A stretch of 64,000 bases of DNA, from the IMG/VR virus record IMGVR_UViG_3300030380_005901, positions 95,563 to 159,562 of that record, one strand, 5' to 3'. The stretch comes from a virus. The position numbers and the translations under genes were made by a program. Below the pieces are notes generated by a model that made no database searches, had not been told where the DNA came from, and saw only the letters and a program-made list of their open reading frames with translations. Below, in pieces: positions 9,245 through 18,203 of the stretch (positions are counted from its first letter, which is position 1; every line of letters begins with the position of its first letter).

Positions 9245-9504
9245 TATTTTATTGCGTTTTTCCAAAACATACGTCTCATCCATAATTCTCTATAAAGTTG
9301 TTCTAATACATCTTTACTAATTTTAACTACTTCTTTTTCAAACTTAGTCCCCTTTATTTCTTTACTAACTATATTAGTAACTTTTTTCTCTAAATCACTA
9401 CCAAACGCATCCTTAATCTCTTTACGTATCATTACACCAATTTTATTTTCATCGGTTTTAGTTAACGCTTCTTTAATTATGTGTTTTAATTCAATATCGT
9501 TCAT
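9244..9504 (-). CDS. hypothetical protein (LKHIIKEAL leader)
   Basis: 86-aa ORF; ATATTTAT at 9523-9530. Confidence 0.65.
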   Translation of the reverse strand: MNDIELKHIIKEALTKTDENKIGVMIRKEIKDAFGSDLEKKVTNIVSKEIKGTKFEKEVVKISKDVLEQLYRELWMRRMFWKNAIK

Positions 9505-9522
9505 GATAATACATGTTTATTT

Positions 9523-9530
9523 ATAAATAT
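9523..9530 (-). promoter_or_regulatory. putative late promoter ATATTTAT
   Basis: 18 nt upstream of ATG 9504. Confidence 0.7.
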
Positions 9531-9548
9531 TTGATATTATGAAAAAAA

Positions 9549-10004
9549 TCAGACTAAAATCAATATTGCAATAATTGGGAGAATTACTGATCCACCAAAA
9601 CCTAAAAACTTTAAAAGTTTTTGTTTTCGTAATTCTTTTTTCTGTTGTTTAATGGTGTCTTCTTTCATACCTAACTCAGAGTTTTTATTATCCAATATTT
9701 GTTGAAAATTATCTATTTGACTTTGTTGGTTATCTGATTTTTCCATTAACTTAAAAATAACCTCTTTTTGTAGTGTTATAGTATTAGTATTAAGACTATC
9801 TTTCTCTTTGTAAACAGTTAATAAACTATCTGCAATCTCATACTCCAAAAGATCGTTAAGTATTACCTTAGCGTCCTCTAAATTCATAATAACTAATGTA
9901 TCGCCATTCTCAACGATTGTTCTGACCTCTCCTTTGGAGATAGTCTGAGAGAGTATTGGTGACACCATCGCTATCCATATTATCAACGATATTAGATACT
10001 TCAT
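9549..10004 (-). CDS. putative spanin-like protein (signal peptide, coiled coil, C-terminal TM)
   Basis: N-terminal hydrophobic signal, heptad region, hydrophobic C-terminus; overlaps the upstream gene. Confidence 0.5.
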   Translation of the reverse strand: MKYLISLIIWIAMVSPILSQTISKGEVRTIVENGDTLVIMNLEDAKVILNDLLEYEIADSLLTVYKEKDSLNTNTITLQKEVIFKLMEKSDNQQSQIDNFQQILDNKNSELGMKEDTIKQQKKELRKQKLLKFLGFGGSVILPIIAILILV

Positions 10005-10290
10005 TTCTTTTTCTTTCTAATTCTTTTAACTTATCTTCTGTTTTTCTAAGAACAACTTTAGTACTGTCAATTGCGTATAAAATAACATCAATTTCTTTTT
10101 GTAATTTTATATTTGCTTTAATAATACTATCGTTTGATATTAGTAGTTTTTCATTTTGTTTTTGTAAAACACTAATTTCTTCTTCATATTCCTCTATAGG
10201 TACACTAGGTCTAAATATAAAACTAAGGACTAAAGCTACTGCTAAACCTAATATTAAAATCGCCTTTAAGTCTATATTAATTTTAAGCAT
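9910..10290 (-). CDS. putative i-spanin-like protein (N-terminal TM plus coiled coil)
   Basis: Likely start MLKINIDLK at 10290; AILILGLAVALVLSFIF followed by a coiled coil. Confidence 0.5.
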   Translation of the reverse strand: MLKINIDLKAILILGLAVALVLSFIFRPSVPIEEYEEEISVLQKQNEKLLISNDSIIKANIKLQKEIDVILYAIDSTKVVLRKTEDKLKELERKRNEVSNIVDNMDSDGVTNTLSDYLQRRGQNNR

Positions 10291-10819
10291 TTTCTTCGGT
10301 TGGGTTAGGCATGGATTCTCCTTCACCTTCTTCCCCAAATCCTGGCGAGTTCATACTGTCTGGACCTTCTTCTGCGTTTTCTTCATCAGTTTGTTGATTT
10401 TCATATTCTTCCGCAATTCTTTTAGCCCAATCATCTGACCATGTTTTATAATATGCAATTAATTTTTGTAAAAGTTTCATTGTGTCTTCTCTAAGTTGTA
10501 ATAACTCTGTAGTGACGTAAACACCTTGTGTATCGTCTAACGAATAAAACCATTCTACTGCATTATCTGTAAATTCTCCACTCCATTCTACATTTTGTGC
10601 TTTTGGATAAAGTTTCATTTGGTTAAATTTAACTCTTTGTGTTACAGTGTCTCTAAACAATCTTTCTTGTTCTTTCATTTCTGTAGGATCTAAAGAATTT
10701 TCATCTTGTTTTTGAACATTTAAATCCTGTTCAGTAATTAAAGTTTTAGTTAAAATAGATTTACTACCACTTTCTCTAATTAATTCTAATATTTTTCTAG
10801 TTTCATCGTGTTGACTCAT
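10283..10819 (-). CDS. hypothetical head-associated protein with acidic tail
   Basis: LIRES...LITEQ leader, acidic C-terminus. Confidence 0.6.
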   Translation of the reverse strand: MSQHDETRKILELIRESGSKSILTKTLITEQDLNVQKQDENSLDPTEMKEQERLFRDTVTQRVKFNQMKLYPKAQNVEWSGEFTDNAVEWFYSLDDTQGVYVTTELLQLREDTMKLLQKLIAYYKTWSDDWAKRIAEEYENQQTDEENAEEGPDSMNSPGFGEEGEGESMPNPTEENA

Positions 10820-10840
10820 ATCTTTTGTTTTTATTTTTAT

Positions 10841-11449
10841 TTAATTTTCTATTTTTTCTTTAAATTTTCTAAAATCCCAAGAAGGGTTAACATCAGTATT
10901 ATCTTTATAGTAATTACTCCTATACGTAACACCATCAAACTCCTCTATTTCTTTAATATAAGTATTATGTCCTACACATTTTTTATTTATATTGTGTGTT
11001 TCACATAAATATTTAACTAAATTAATAGTAGATTTTAACTGTTTAGGTGTATAAGGATCCCAATATTGTTGTCCCCTCCATCTTTTTTCTACTACATTAA
11101 CTCTTCTTTTATAAATATTGCCTACCCAATCAAAATATTTATTTGATAATAAATCTTTTTTTAACCAACCTCTATTTTCTAAAACTATTGAAATTATTTT
11201 TTTATCGTTTCTTTTTTCATTTAAAAAATCGGAATAATATTTAGGATTAAAATGTTCATAAATTTCACCTTTTGTGGTAACGGTATAATTAGCAGTTTTA
11301 GTAAATTCCCCATCCATTTTAGTTAACCACCCATTAAAATGATATAATTTTTGATTAAACGTATTACCGATAACTATTTGTTTTTTATCAAACTCTTTTT
11401 TATGGTAATTTTCTTTATTTAATTCATATGTTAATCTATCAATATTCAT
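10841..11449 (-). CDS. Amidase_2/PGRP-fold protein, probably catalytically degenerate
   Basis: IVIGNT, ANYTVTTKGEIYE, ISIVLEN, YTPKQLKS, CVGH, DVNPSWD; first Zn-ligand His absent. Confidence 0.7.
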   Translation of the reverse strand: MNIDRLTYELNKENYHKKEFDKKQIVIGNTFNQKLYHFNGWLTKMDGEFTKTANYTVTTKGEIYEHFNPKYYSDFLNEKRNDKKIISIVLENRGWLKKDLLSNKYFDWVGNIYKRRVNVVEKRWRGQQYWDPYTPKQLKSTINLVKYLCETHNINKKCVGHNTYIKEIEEFDGVTYRSNYYKDNTDVNPSWDFRKFKEKIEN

Positions 11450-12471
11450 TAATCAATCCTTTTAATATTGGTTTTAGATCTGACTTTACCGTATTCTGTA
11501 GGTATTAATCTTGATTTTTCAGTTACTTTTTTTTTTGGCTCTTCTTTTTTAGTTTGGTACTCGTCAATTGCTTTTTTAAGAATTTCAGATTCTTTTTTTT
11601 CTTTGTTTTTAATTTTTTTTTCTAAATCTTCTTGTTTTTTTTGAAACTTCATAAAGTCTCCTTCTTTATCGGCAGTTAACCCCCCTACTGTATATATTTT
11701 ATCATCTTCCTCTGACCATGAACCTGGTTCATCCATCTTTTCTAAAAATTCTTGAACTTCAGGATCTTCTTCCCACGTAACTTCCTCATCACTTTCACCA
11801 TAAAAATCTTTTTCATCTATTTTTTTACTTATCTCTTCCGCCTGTTCTATAGATTCTTCTAAATGTTCTTTATTCTTTTCTGATTTCAAAAGGTGTTCAG
11901 TTTCATCTTCTTTATCTTTTTTTCTACTTTCCACTATATCAACCATTTTTTTATTTCTATTATCAAAATATTCTTTAATAATTTTTTCTTTATCTATTTC
12001 TTCACTTTGATTTCTATCGTATCTTACAAAGAAGTGTAACGAAGTAAGTGAAATAACAGGTAACAAACCACCCTCTAAAAATGCTAACCATCTTTTAAGT
12101 GCTAATGTATCTGTTAAATCCGTACCAACCATTTCCCATACTGGTGTAGTTAATTCTATCCATGATAACCACAATTCTCCACTAGTATCTATTTCTTTAA
12201 AAGAAAAGTATATATTACCTACCATTTGAATGAAGGTAACCAGCCCAAACATAAACCACACACCACCTTTTACTCTATTAGTTGCAGCAACTAATGCAGT
12301 CATTGCACCAACTTCTATTGCAATAGAAAGGTATATTGCCCAATTAATTGGGTTCGCTATACTATACCATGTTACTACGTGAGAAATAGATATTGCTGCC
12401 ACTAATATTATAGGAATTAAAAACAATGTTCTTATAGGATTGTTTTTAATCCAATTTCCAATCAGCTTCAT
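11449..12471 (-). CDS. multi-TM membrane protein (DUF2637-like) with long charged tail; holin candidate
   Basis: About 4 TM helices (AAISISH..WAIYLSIAIE..GN..LPVISL), then an acidic/basic C-terminus. Confidence 0.55.
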   Translation of the reverse strand: MKLIGNWIKNNPIRTLFLIPIILVAAISISHVVTWYSIANPINWAIYLSIAIEVGAMTALVAATNRVKGGVWFMFGLVTFIQMVGNIYFSFKEIDTSGELWLSWIELTTPVWEMVGTDLTDTLALKRWLAFLEGGLLPVISLTSLHFFVRYDRNQSEEIDKEKIIKEYFDNRNKKMVDIVESRKKDKEDETEHLLKSEKNKEHLEESIEQAEEISKKIDEKDFYGESDEEVTWEEDPEVQEFLEKMDEPGSWSEEDDKIYTVGGLTADKEGDFMKFQKKQEDLEKKIKNKEKKESEILKKAIDEYQTKKEEPKKKVTEKSRLIPTEYGKVRSKTNIKRID

Positions 12472-12482
12472 AATTTAAATTT

Positions 12483-12785
12483 TTATTTTTCGTTATCGTT
12501 TTTTAGTTTATTTATAGGAATTCTGTTTTTATCCGATAACTCTTCTAATTCTAATGTTTTCCAATTAGGGACTTCTTTAATAAGATTAATCATTTTTTCT
12601 TCAGTAATAATCTTATTATTAATTTTATTTAGTGTACTATCGATTGTAACAGTTTTACTATTTAATTCTTTTTGTACTTTTTCTATTTTACCATTTGTAG
12701 TACAGGTTTTAAGAAAAATAATTAAAACTAAAGCGAATGTTAATCTAGTTCCCCATTTGTCAATAAATTCTACTAATTTTTTCAT
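12483..12785 (-). CDS. putative lipoprotein or membrane-anchored protein
   Basis: Hydrophobic segment ending IFLKTC, then a coiled coil. Confidence 0.5.
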   Translation of the reverse strand: MKKLVEFIDKWGTRLTFALVLIIFLKTCTTNGKIEKVQKELNSKTVTIDSTLNKINNKIITEEKMINLIKEVPNWKTLELEELSDKNRIPINKLKNDNEK

Positions 12786-12809
12786 ATCTTTTTTTTTATT
12801 TTATATTAT

Positions 12810-12817
12810 ATAAATAT
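12810..12817 (-). promoter_or_regulatory. putative late promoter ATATTTAT
   Basis: Follows the terminator, heads the lysis-like operon. Confidence 0.7.
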
Positions 12818-12856
12818 CTATTACAATAAATAATAGCAAAACATAAAAAAGTATAT

Positions 12857-12883
12857 AAAAAAAGGGGGTTATTTACCCCCTTT
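12857..12883 (-). terminator. intrinsic terminator after the sigma gene
   Basis: AAAGGGGGT-AAATA-ACCCCCTTT plus T-run. Confidence 0.85.
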
Positions 12884-12902
12884 ATATTAAATAGTTGAAA
12901 TT

Positions 12903-13718
12903 TTATAGTTCATCTTCACCCATATAATCAAATATGTCTCCTACATTATTCCTAATTTTTCGTATTGCAGATTCTTTAATTTGTCGTATTCTCTCTTTAG
13001 TTAACCCTAATTCTTCTCCAATAGTTTCTAAAGTCATAGGGCTCCCATAAATACCAAAATAACAATTAACTATCTCTCTTTCTCTGTCACTTAAATAAGA
13101 CATAACTTTTTTAAGTCTACCACTTAATGTATCATTTTTGTCTACATTTGAATCTGGACTAGCAAAAGTGTCATCTTTTATAAGTGCACCTAATTCATCA
13201 CCATCTTCATTAATTTGTTTGTTGAGTGATCCACAAGTGGGTACATGTACATATTCTACTTCATCAGCAGTAGGTAATCTCTCAAACTCTTTTTCAAATT
13301 GTTCTATTTCTTTTTTTATTTTAGATAATTTATTAACCATATTTGCAGGTATCCTTACCATTCTGGAATTATCATTTAAACATTGTAGTATAGCTTGTTT
13401 AACCCACCACACGGCATAAGATATGAATTTAAAACCTTTAGTGTGGTCAAATCTTTTAGCAGCAGTTATTAATCCGTAATTTCCTTCCGATATTAAATCT
13501 GCAAGTGATATACCTTGATTTTGATATTCTTTAGCTATTGCAATAACAAATCGTAAATTTGCCATAACTAATTCATCGATAGCCTTTTCATCGCCAGCAG
13601 CAATCCTCTTAGCAATTTCTATTTCTTGTTGTGGTGTAATCTGTTCACTTTTTCTCACATCTTTTAGATATTTAGACATGGAATCTTCCTTAGTGTTAAT
13701 ATATCTTCTATAATCCAT
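12903..13718 (-). CDS. RNA polymerase sigma-70 factor (short RpoD/SigA type lacking region 1.1)
   Basis: ANLRFVIAIAKEY, DLISEGNYGL, FKFISYAVWWVKQAI, TLETIGEELGLTKERIRQI. Confidence 0.95.
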   Translation of the reverse strand: MDYRRYINTKEDSMSKYLKDVRKSEQITPQQEIEIAKRIAAGDEKAIDELVMANLRFVIAIAKEYQNQGISLADLISEGNYGLITAAKRFDHTKGFKFISYAVWWVKQAILQCLNDNSRMVRIPANMVNKLSKIKKEIEQFEKEFERLPTADEVEYVHVPTCGSLNKQINEDGDELGALIKDDTFASPDSNVDKNDTLSGRLKKVMSYLSDREREIVNCYFGIYGSPMTLETIGEELGLTKERIRQIKESAIRKIRNNVGDIFDYMGEDEL

Positions 13719-13728
13719 AATTTTTAGT

Positions 13729-14223
13729 TTATTGTTGTTTAGAATATTCTTTTAAATATTGTTTTTCTATTTTAGATAATTTATCTAACCCTACTTTACT
13801 AATTTTATCTAAAAGTTCATCCATAGTAGGTTTAATTGGTTCTATATCAATTATTTTATTTAAATCAGGTATTTCCTCACTAGATGTCATTATATTTTCC
13901 ATTTTTAATCTAGCTTCAAATAATGGAGTAAACTCTGTATTATCTACTTTCCCACCAAATAAAGCTTCTTGAAATTTTTCAATTAATAAATTTGCAGAAA
14001 ATGTTGCCGGTAACATTTCAAATACAATGTACGCCCTTTTTTCCATATTTAAAAATTCTTCTAATTCTATAATGTTTAATTCTGACTTGAATGTTGCGAT
14101 TATAATTTCTTCTCCTGTCGCAAAATTTACAATATCGTTTGATATATACTCTAAATCTTTTTGTATTTGTTCTATATCGTCTAAACCTATCAAACAATAT
14201 TTTTTTAATCTTATTTGTTCCAT
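13729..14223 (-). CDS. hypothetical protein with C-terminal DUF6576-like motif
   Basis: MDELLDKISKVGLDKLSKIEKQYL. Confidence 0.6.
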   Translation of the reverse strand: MEQIRLKKYCLIGLDDIEQIQKDLEYISNDIVNFATGEEIIIATFKSELNIIELEEFLNMEKRAYIVFEMLPATFSANLLIEKFQEALFGGKVDNTEFTPLFEARLKMENIMTSSEEIPDLNKIIDIEPIKPTMDELLDKISKVGLDKLSKIEKQYLKEYSKQQ

Positions 14224-14284
14224 TTTAAAACTTTTAGTTATTAAATATATATGTACAAATTAAGTACCATTACCTAATTTTAGA

Positions 14285-14315
14285 CAAATATAAGTAAAAT
14301 TATTTAATCTGCAAT
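14285..14315 (-). promoter_or_regulatory. sigmaA-type promoter for the 14223/sigma operon
   Basis: ATTG-N19-TATATTTG. Confidence 0.6.
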
Positions 14316-16681
14316 GACGAAACGTCATTATTTTTTTCAATTGTTATAATTTTGTCACCCCAATCTTGTGTAATAGGGTTATGTGTTATGAGTAAAATTA
14401 CCTCATACATCTTTTTTATCTTATCAAAAAATATTTTAACATAATCTAAATTTATGTTTGCAACTTTACCCAATACCTCGTCAAATACTATTACATTTGG
14501 TTTTGGTAATGTTGATATTCTACCTAAGACACATCTTAATGCTAAGGATGCTAAAGTTGTTTCTAAACCAGAACCAGACTTTAACTTTTTAGTAACGTCT
14601 TTTTTGACTATATTAAAGTCTACTTCATTTTTATCATTAATCTCTAATTGTATTTGAAAATCACATACTTCATCTAACAGTCTGTCTAATTCATAATTGA
14701 TTATAGGTATTACTGAAGATAAAACTAGTTTAGATATACCATTTTTACCTATCATCCTATTATAAATCTCAAATATTTTTAATACTTCTTCTTCTCTTAA
14801 TATTTGTTCTATTATATTTTGATTATCAATATTGTTTTGTTTTTTAACTTTATTATCGTTTTTTAAATCTTGTATTTCATTTCTAATACTGTCTCTTTTT
14901 TTATTTAATTTTTCCAATAATTGATTGTAACCTAATATTTTACTTTCTAAATTTCTATTCTTCTCAATATATTCAATATTACGTTCATAGTTCTTATGTA
15001 GATTCATTTTTTCTTTTAAATCAACTCTTAACCCATCAATCTCTACTTCTAATCTGTCTCTACTTAATTCTAACTTATCTTTTTCATCGGAAATAGTTTT
15101 TAGATTACTTTGTTTATCCAAAGACTTAAGTGTAACACCTAACTCTTTTTGTATTACTTTTATTAAATCTTTTATATTTTTTAAATTTTTCTTTTCCTCT
15201 TTTATTTCTTTGCTATGATCAACATCTTCTAATGCTCTTTTACATGTAGGACAAATTTCTCCCTCCTCCAAATTTTTTATTAATAATTCTTTTCTTTCTT
15301 TATTACTTAATTCTTTACTTTCTTTCAATAGTAAATCTTTTTCTTCTTCTCTAATCTCATCATGTTTGTCTTCATCATAATCTACATCACCTATCTTAGT
15401 AATGTTTTTTATAATATCATCTAAAGATTTTTTCTTAGTAACACCTTCATCAGTTAAAGTATCTATTTCATCTTTAAGTGTTTTAGGATTAACATTACTA
15501 ACTTCATCATCAATCACATATTTTTCGGATAATAAAATTTCTTTTTTAGAATTAGCTTCAGATATTTCACCATCTATTTTTAATAATTTATTATTATTTT
15601 CTTTTATTAATTCTTTATTTTCTTTTATCTTTATTAGATTATCCTCTATTTCAAATTCCAACTCTTTAGTATTATGAATATTAGATTTCATCTTACTTTT
15701 AAAATCCGTCATTAATCCTTTATTAATCTCTTCTTTTTTCTCAATAATTTCTAATCCAATAAATTTAGTTAAAAGTCTTCCTCTTTGGGTGGGTTTGGTT
15801 TCTAATAAATCCTCTAGATTTTTTGCAGTTGCAACAATAGTTAACATAAAGTCATCAAAAGTACCTATAGTTTCAGAGATTAGTTTATCAGTTTCTCTTC
15901 TTTGTTCACCCTCTAAATTTTCGTAACTACCATCAGATAATACCCTAAAGAAATTTAATTCTGAAGAAGTTTTATATTTACCAGTTTTACTTTTTTTTCT
16001 AAATAATTTTCTTTCAATTATATACTCATCCCCATCTATATTAATTTCTCCACCAACTACTACTTCATCTTTATCTGTAAATGTATTGAATATTTCTGAT
16101 GCAGTGTCTGTCTTAGTAGTTTTACCAAAAAACAAAAACAAAAGAGAATCAATACTAAAAATAGTTTTACCACCTTGATTTGCAGGTAAAGAATTAACAA
16201 TAGTTAACCCTTTAAGTCCATTATAATCTATATTATTATCGTTACCAAAAGATAAAAAATTATCTATCCATAATTTATTTATACTCCATCTTCTATATCT
16301 TATATCTTCTTCACCTAAATTTACTAGTACATCATTAACTTTATCATCTAATCTACATAACCTATCAAAATCTATATCCACACCATTAATTTCAATCCAT
16401 TGAGTAAATAATTTACGTTGGTACGCAGTGTCCATTATATTATCGATTAAACCATCAGTAATATCTACTACTTTACCAACACTATTTTTTAAAATAGGTA
16501 TAAAATTTATTTTAATGGATGTTTTATTTAAACCATATTTATCAGAGAAATATGTTTTAACTCTACTAATTGTTTCTAATGTTCTATTTTCAGGATAATC
16601 TTGCCAATCAACCCTTAACTGTGCGTTTTTAGGAACGTCTACTATTTTCTTTGTTCTTACCACTTCAATATTATTTTCCAT
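14300..16681 (-). CDS. Rad50/SbcC/gp46-like ATPase with about 130-aa N-terminal extension
   Basis: NFLSFG, Walker A NQGGKT, zinc hook CPTC, coiled coils, SGLE signature, IVFDE, LITH. Confidence 0.92.
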   Translation of the reverse strand: MENNIEVVRTKKIVDVPKNAQLRVDWQDYPENRTLETISRVKTYFSDKYGLNKTSIKINFIPILKNSVGKVVDITDGLIDNIMDTAYQRKLFTQWIEINGVDIDFDRLCRLDDKVNDVLVNLGEEDIRYRRWSINKLWIDNFLSFGNDNNIDYNGLKGLTIVNSLPANQGGKTIFSIDSLLFLFFGKTTKTDTASEIFNTFTDKDEVVVGGEINIDGDEYIIERKLFRKKSKTGKYKTSSELNFFRVLSDGSYENLEGEQRRETDKLISETIGTFDDFMLTIVATAKNLEDLLETKPTQRGRLLTKFIGLEIIEKKEEINKGLMTDFKSKMKSNIHNTKELEFEIEDNLIKIKENKELIKENNNKLLKIDGEISEANSKKEILLSEKYVIDDEVSNVNPKTLKDEIDTLTDEGVTKKKSLDDIIKNITKIGDVDYDEDKHDEIREEEKDLLLKESKELSNKERKELLIKNLEEGEICPTCKRALEDVDHSKEIKEEKKNLKNIKDLIKVIQKELGVTLKSLDKQSNLKTISDEKDKLELSRDRLEVEIDGLRVDLKEKMNLHKNYERNIEYIEKNRNLESKILGYNQLLEKLNKKRDSIRNEIQDLKNDNKVKKQNNIDNQNIIEQILREEEVLKIFEIYNRMIGKNGISKLVLSSVIPIINYELDRLLDEVCDFQIQLEINDKNEVDFNIVKKDVTKKLKSGSGLETTLASLALRCVLGRISTLPKPNVIVFDEVLGKVANINLDYVKIFFDKIKKMYEVILLITHNPITQDWGDKIITIEKNNDVSSLQIK

Positions 16682-16685
16682 ATTA

Positions 16686-17345
16686 TTATTTTTTATCTAT
16701 AAGATTAGAACCCCAATGTCCTCCAGTTCCCTCATCTTCATCGTATATATCTCTAAAAGATCTCCCTTTAGAAATAGTACTTTCGTTTTTTAAATTTGTT
16801 ATATCTTTTTCTAAATCTAAAATAGTATTTTTAAGTTTTTTAATCTCTTTTTCTTTTTTATTTATAATACTTTTATTTTTTTTTATCTCTTCATCTTTAT
16901 TTAAAGTTTCCGTTGTTTTTATTATATTATCTTTTTCTATTTTGTTTAGATTATTTTTAATATTAATAATATTTTTTTCTTTTTCATTAATAATGTCTTC
17001 TAATTTACCTATTTTAATACCTAATTCATTTACTTGTTTATCATCTGTAATATAAACATCTTTCTCAATAGTTATTTCTTTAATAACTTCCTTTTCAACC
17101 GGTACTTCAACTAAAACCTCTTTAATAATTTCTACTGGAACTTCTTTCTCTACAACAACTTCCTTAATAACTTCAACAGGAACTTCTTTTTCAACTACTA
17201 CTTCTTTAGTGACGGGTGCATTACCATATTTTTCTATATTAAATCCAGTCTTTATATTTTTTAAAATAAAATCGTCTATGTCTTCAATACCATTGAGTTT
17301 ACAAAATTCTTTTATTTCGTCTCTTATTTTTTTAGGTATTCTCAT
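16686..17345 (-). CDS. protein with (V/I)EKEVPV repeats and coiled coil
   Basis: KEVVVEKEVPVEVIKEVVVEKEVPVEIIKEVLVEVPVEKEVIKE. Confidence 0.7.
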   Translation of the reverse strand: MRIPKKIRDEIKEFCKLNGIEDIDDFILKNIKTGFNIEKYGNAPVTKEVVVEKEVPVEVIKEVVVEKEVPVEIIKEVLVEVPVEKEVIKEITIEKDVYITDDKQVNELGIKIGKLEDIINEKEKNIINIKNNLNKIEKDNIIKTTETLNKDEEIKKNKSIINKKEKEIKKLKNTILDLEKDITNLKNESTISKGRSFRDIYDEDEGTGGHWGSNLIDKK

Positions 17346-18163
17346 TAAGCATTAGTTAGATATTCTTTACCTACTTCTAAATCTTCTAAAGAATTTATTT
17401 TAAAAACATAATAACCATATTCTGTATCTATATCATGTTCTGTGTAATCTAAATGTTCTACATCCCATATTAAGTAACCATGTTCAGATACTCTCTCACC
17501 AAAGTCTTGTTGGATAAAACTACCACAATATGTTATATTTATACCTTTATGTACAAAATTTTGTCTGTGGTGGATATCACCCATAATAACTGCATCACAC
17601 CCTTCAAACTGTTTTAACTCTGCAGATTCATCAAATTCAAAACCTACTGAAGTTATTGCACCGTTAACTGGTGCATGAAATAAACCAATATATTTCTTGT
17701 CATTACCATATTCTTTTCTACAAGCATCAATATCCGGTCTAGCGTTTTCTTCAAATATAGAATAACAACACCAAACTATGTTTTCATCTAAATAACACTT
17801 ACTTTCAGTCATATAGTTCACATATGGGTTATTCATTATTTCTATTATTGGTGTTAAGGAATCCAACCTATCTTTATTATTTTCCAAAAGATCGTGATTA
17901 CCCGCAATTAAAACCACAGGACATAACTCACTACATTTATTAAGAAACCAAGAAACTAACATTGTTAACTCGTTTGATATAGTAATCTTTTGATGCACTA
18001 TATCTCCTGCAATTACTATTCTACATTCTTCAAAAGATAAGTTGTTATCTTCTATATAAAATTTAACTTCATTGAGGAATTTGTTACAGACTTCTTTACA
18101 TTCATTATGTCTATTATAGGTTCTAAAATGTAAATCTGCAATGTGAAATAATTTTTTTATCAT
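17345..18163 (-). CDS. Mre11/SbcD/gp47-like metallophosphoesterase nuclease
   Basis: IADLH, AGD, AGNHD, LFH, MGDIH, YCGS. Confidence 0.92.
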   Translation of the reverse strand: MIKKLFHIADLHFRTYNRHNECKEVCNKFLNEVKFYIEDNNLSFEECRIVIAGDIVHQKITISNELTMLVSWFLNKCSELCPVVLIAGNHDLLENNKDRLDSLTPIIEIMNNPYVNYMTESKCYLDENIVWCCYSIFEENARPDIDACRKEYGNDKKYIGLFHAPVNGAITSVGFEFDESAELKQFEGCDAVIMGDIHHRQNFVHKGINITYCGSFIQQDFGERVSEHGYLIWDVEHLDYTEHDIDTEYGYYVFKINSLEDLEVGKEYLTNA

Positions 18164-18167
18164 ATCT

Positions 18168-18199
18168 TAAATATAATGATTTTTTATTGAAAAGACAAC
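18168..18199 (-). promoter_or_regulatory. sigmaA-type promoter, predicted leaderless
   Basis: GTTG-N20-TATATTTA-N4-ATG. Confidence 0.65.
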
Positions 18200-18203
18200 G
18201 CGA

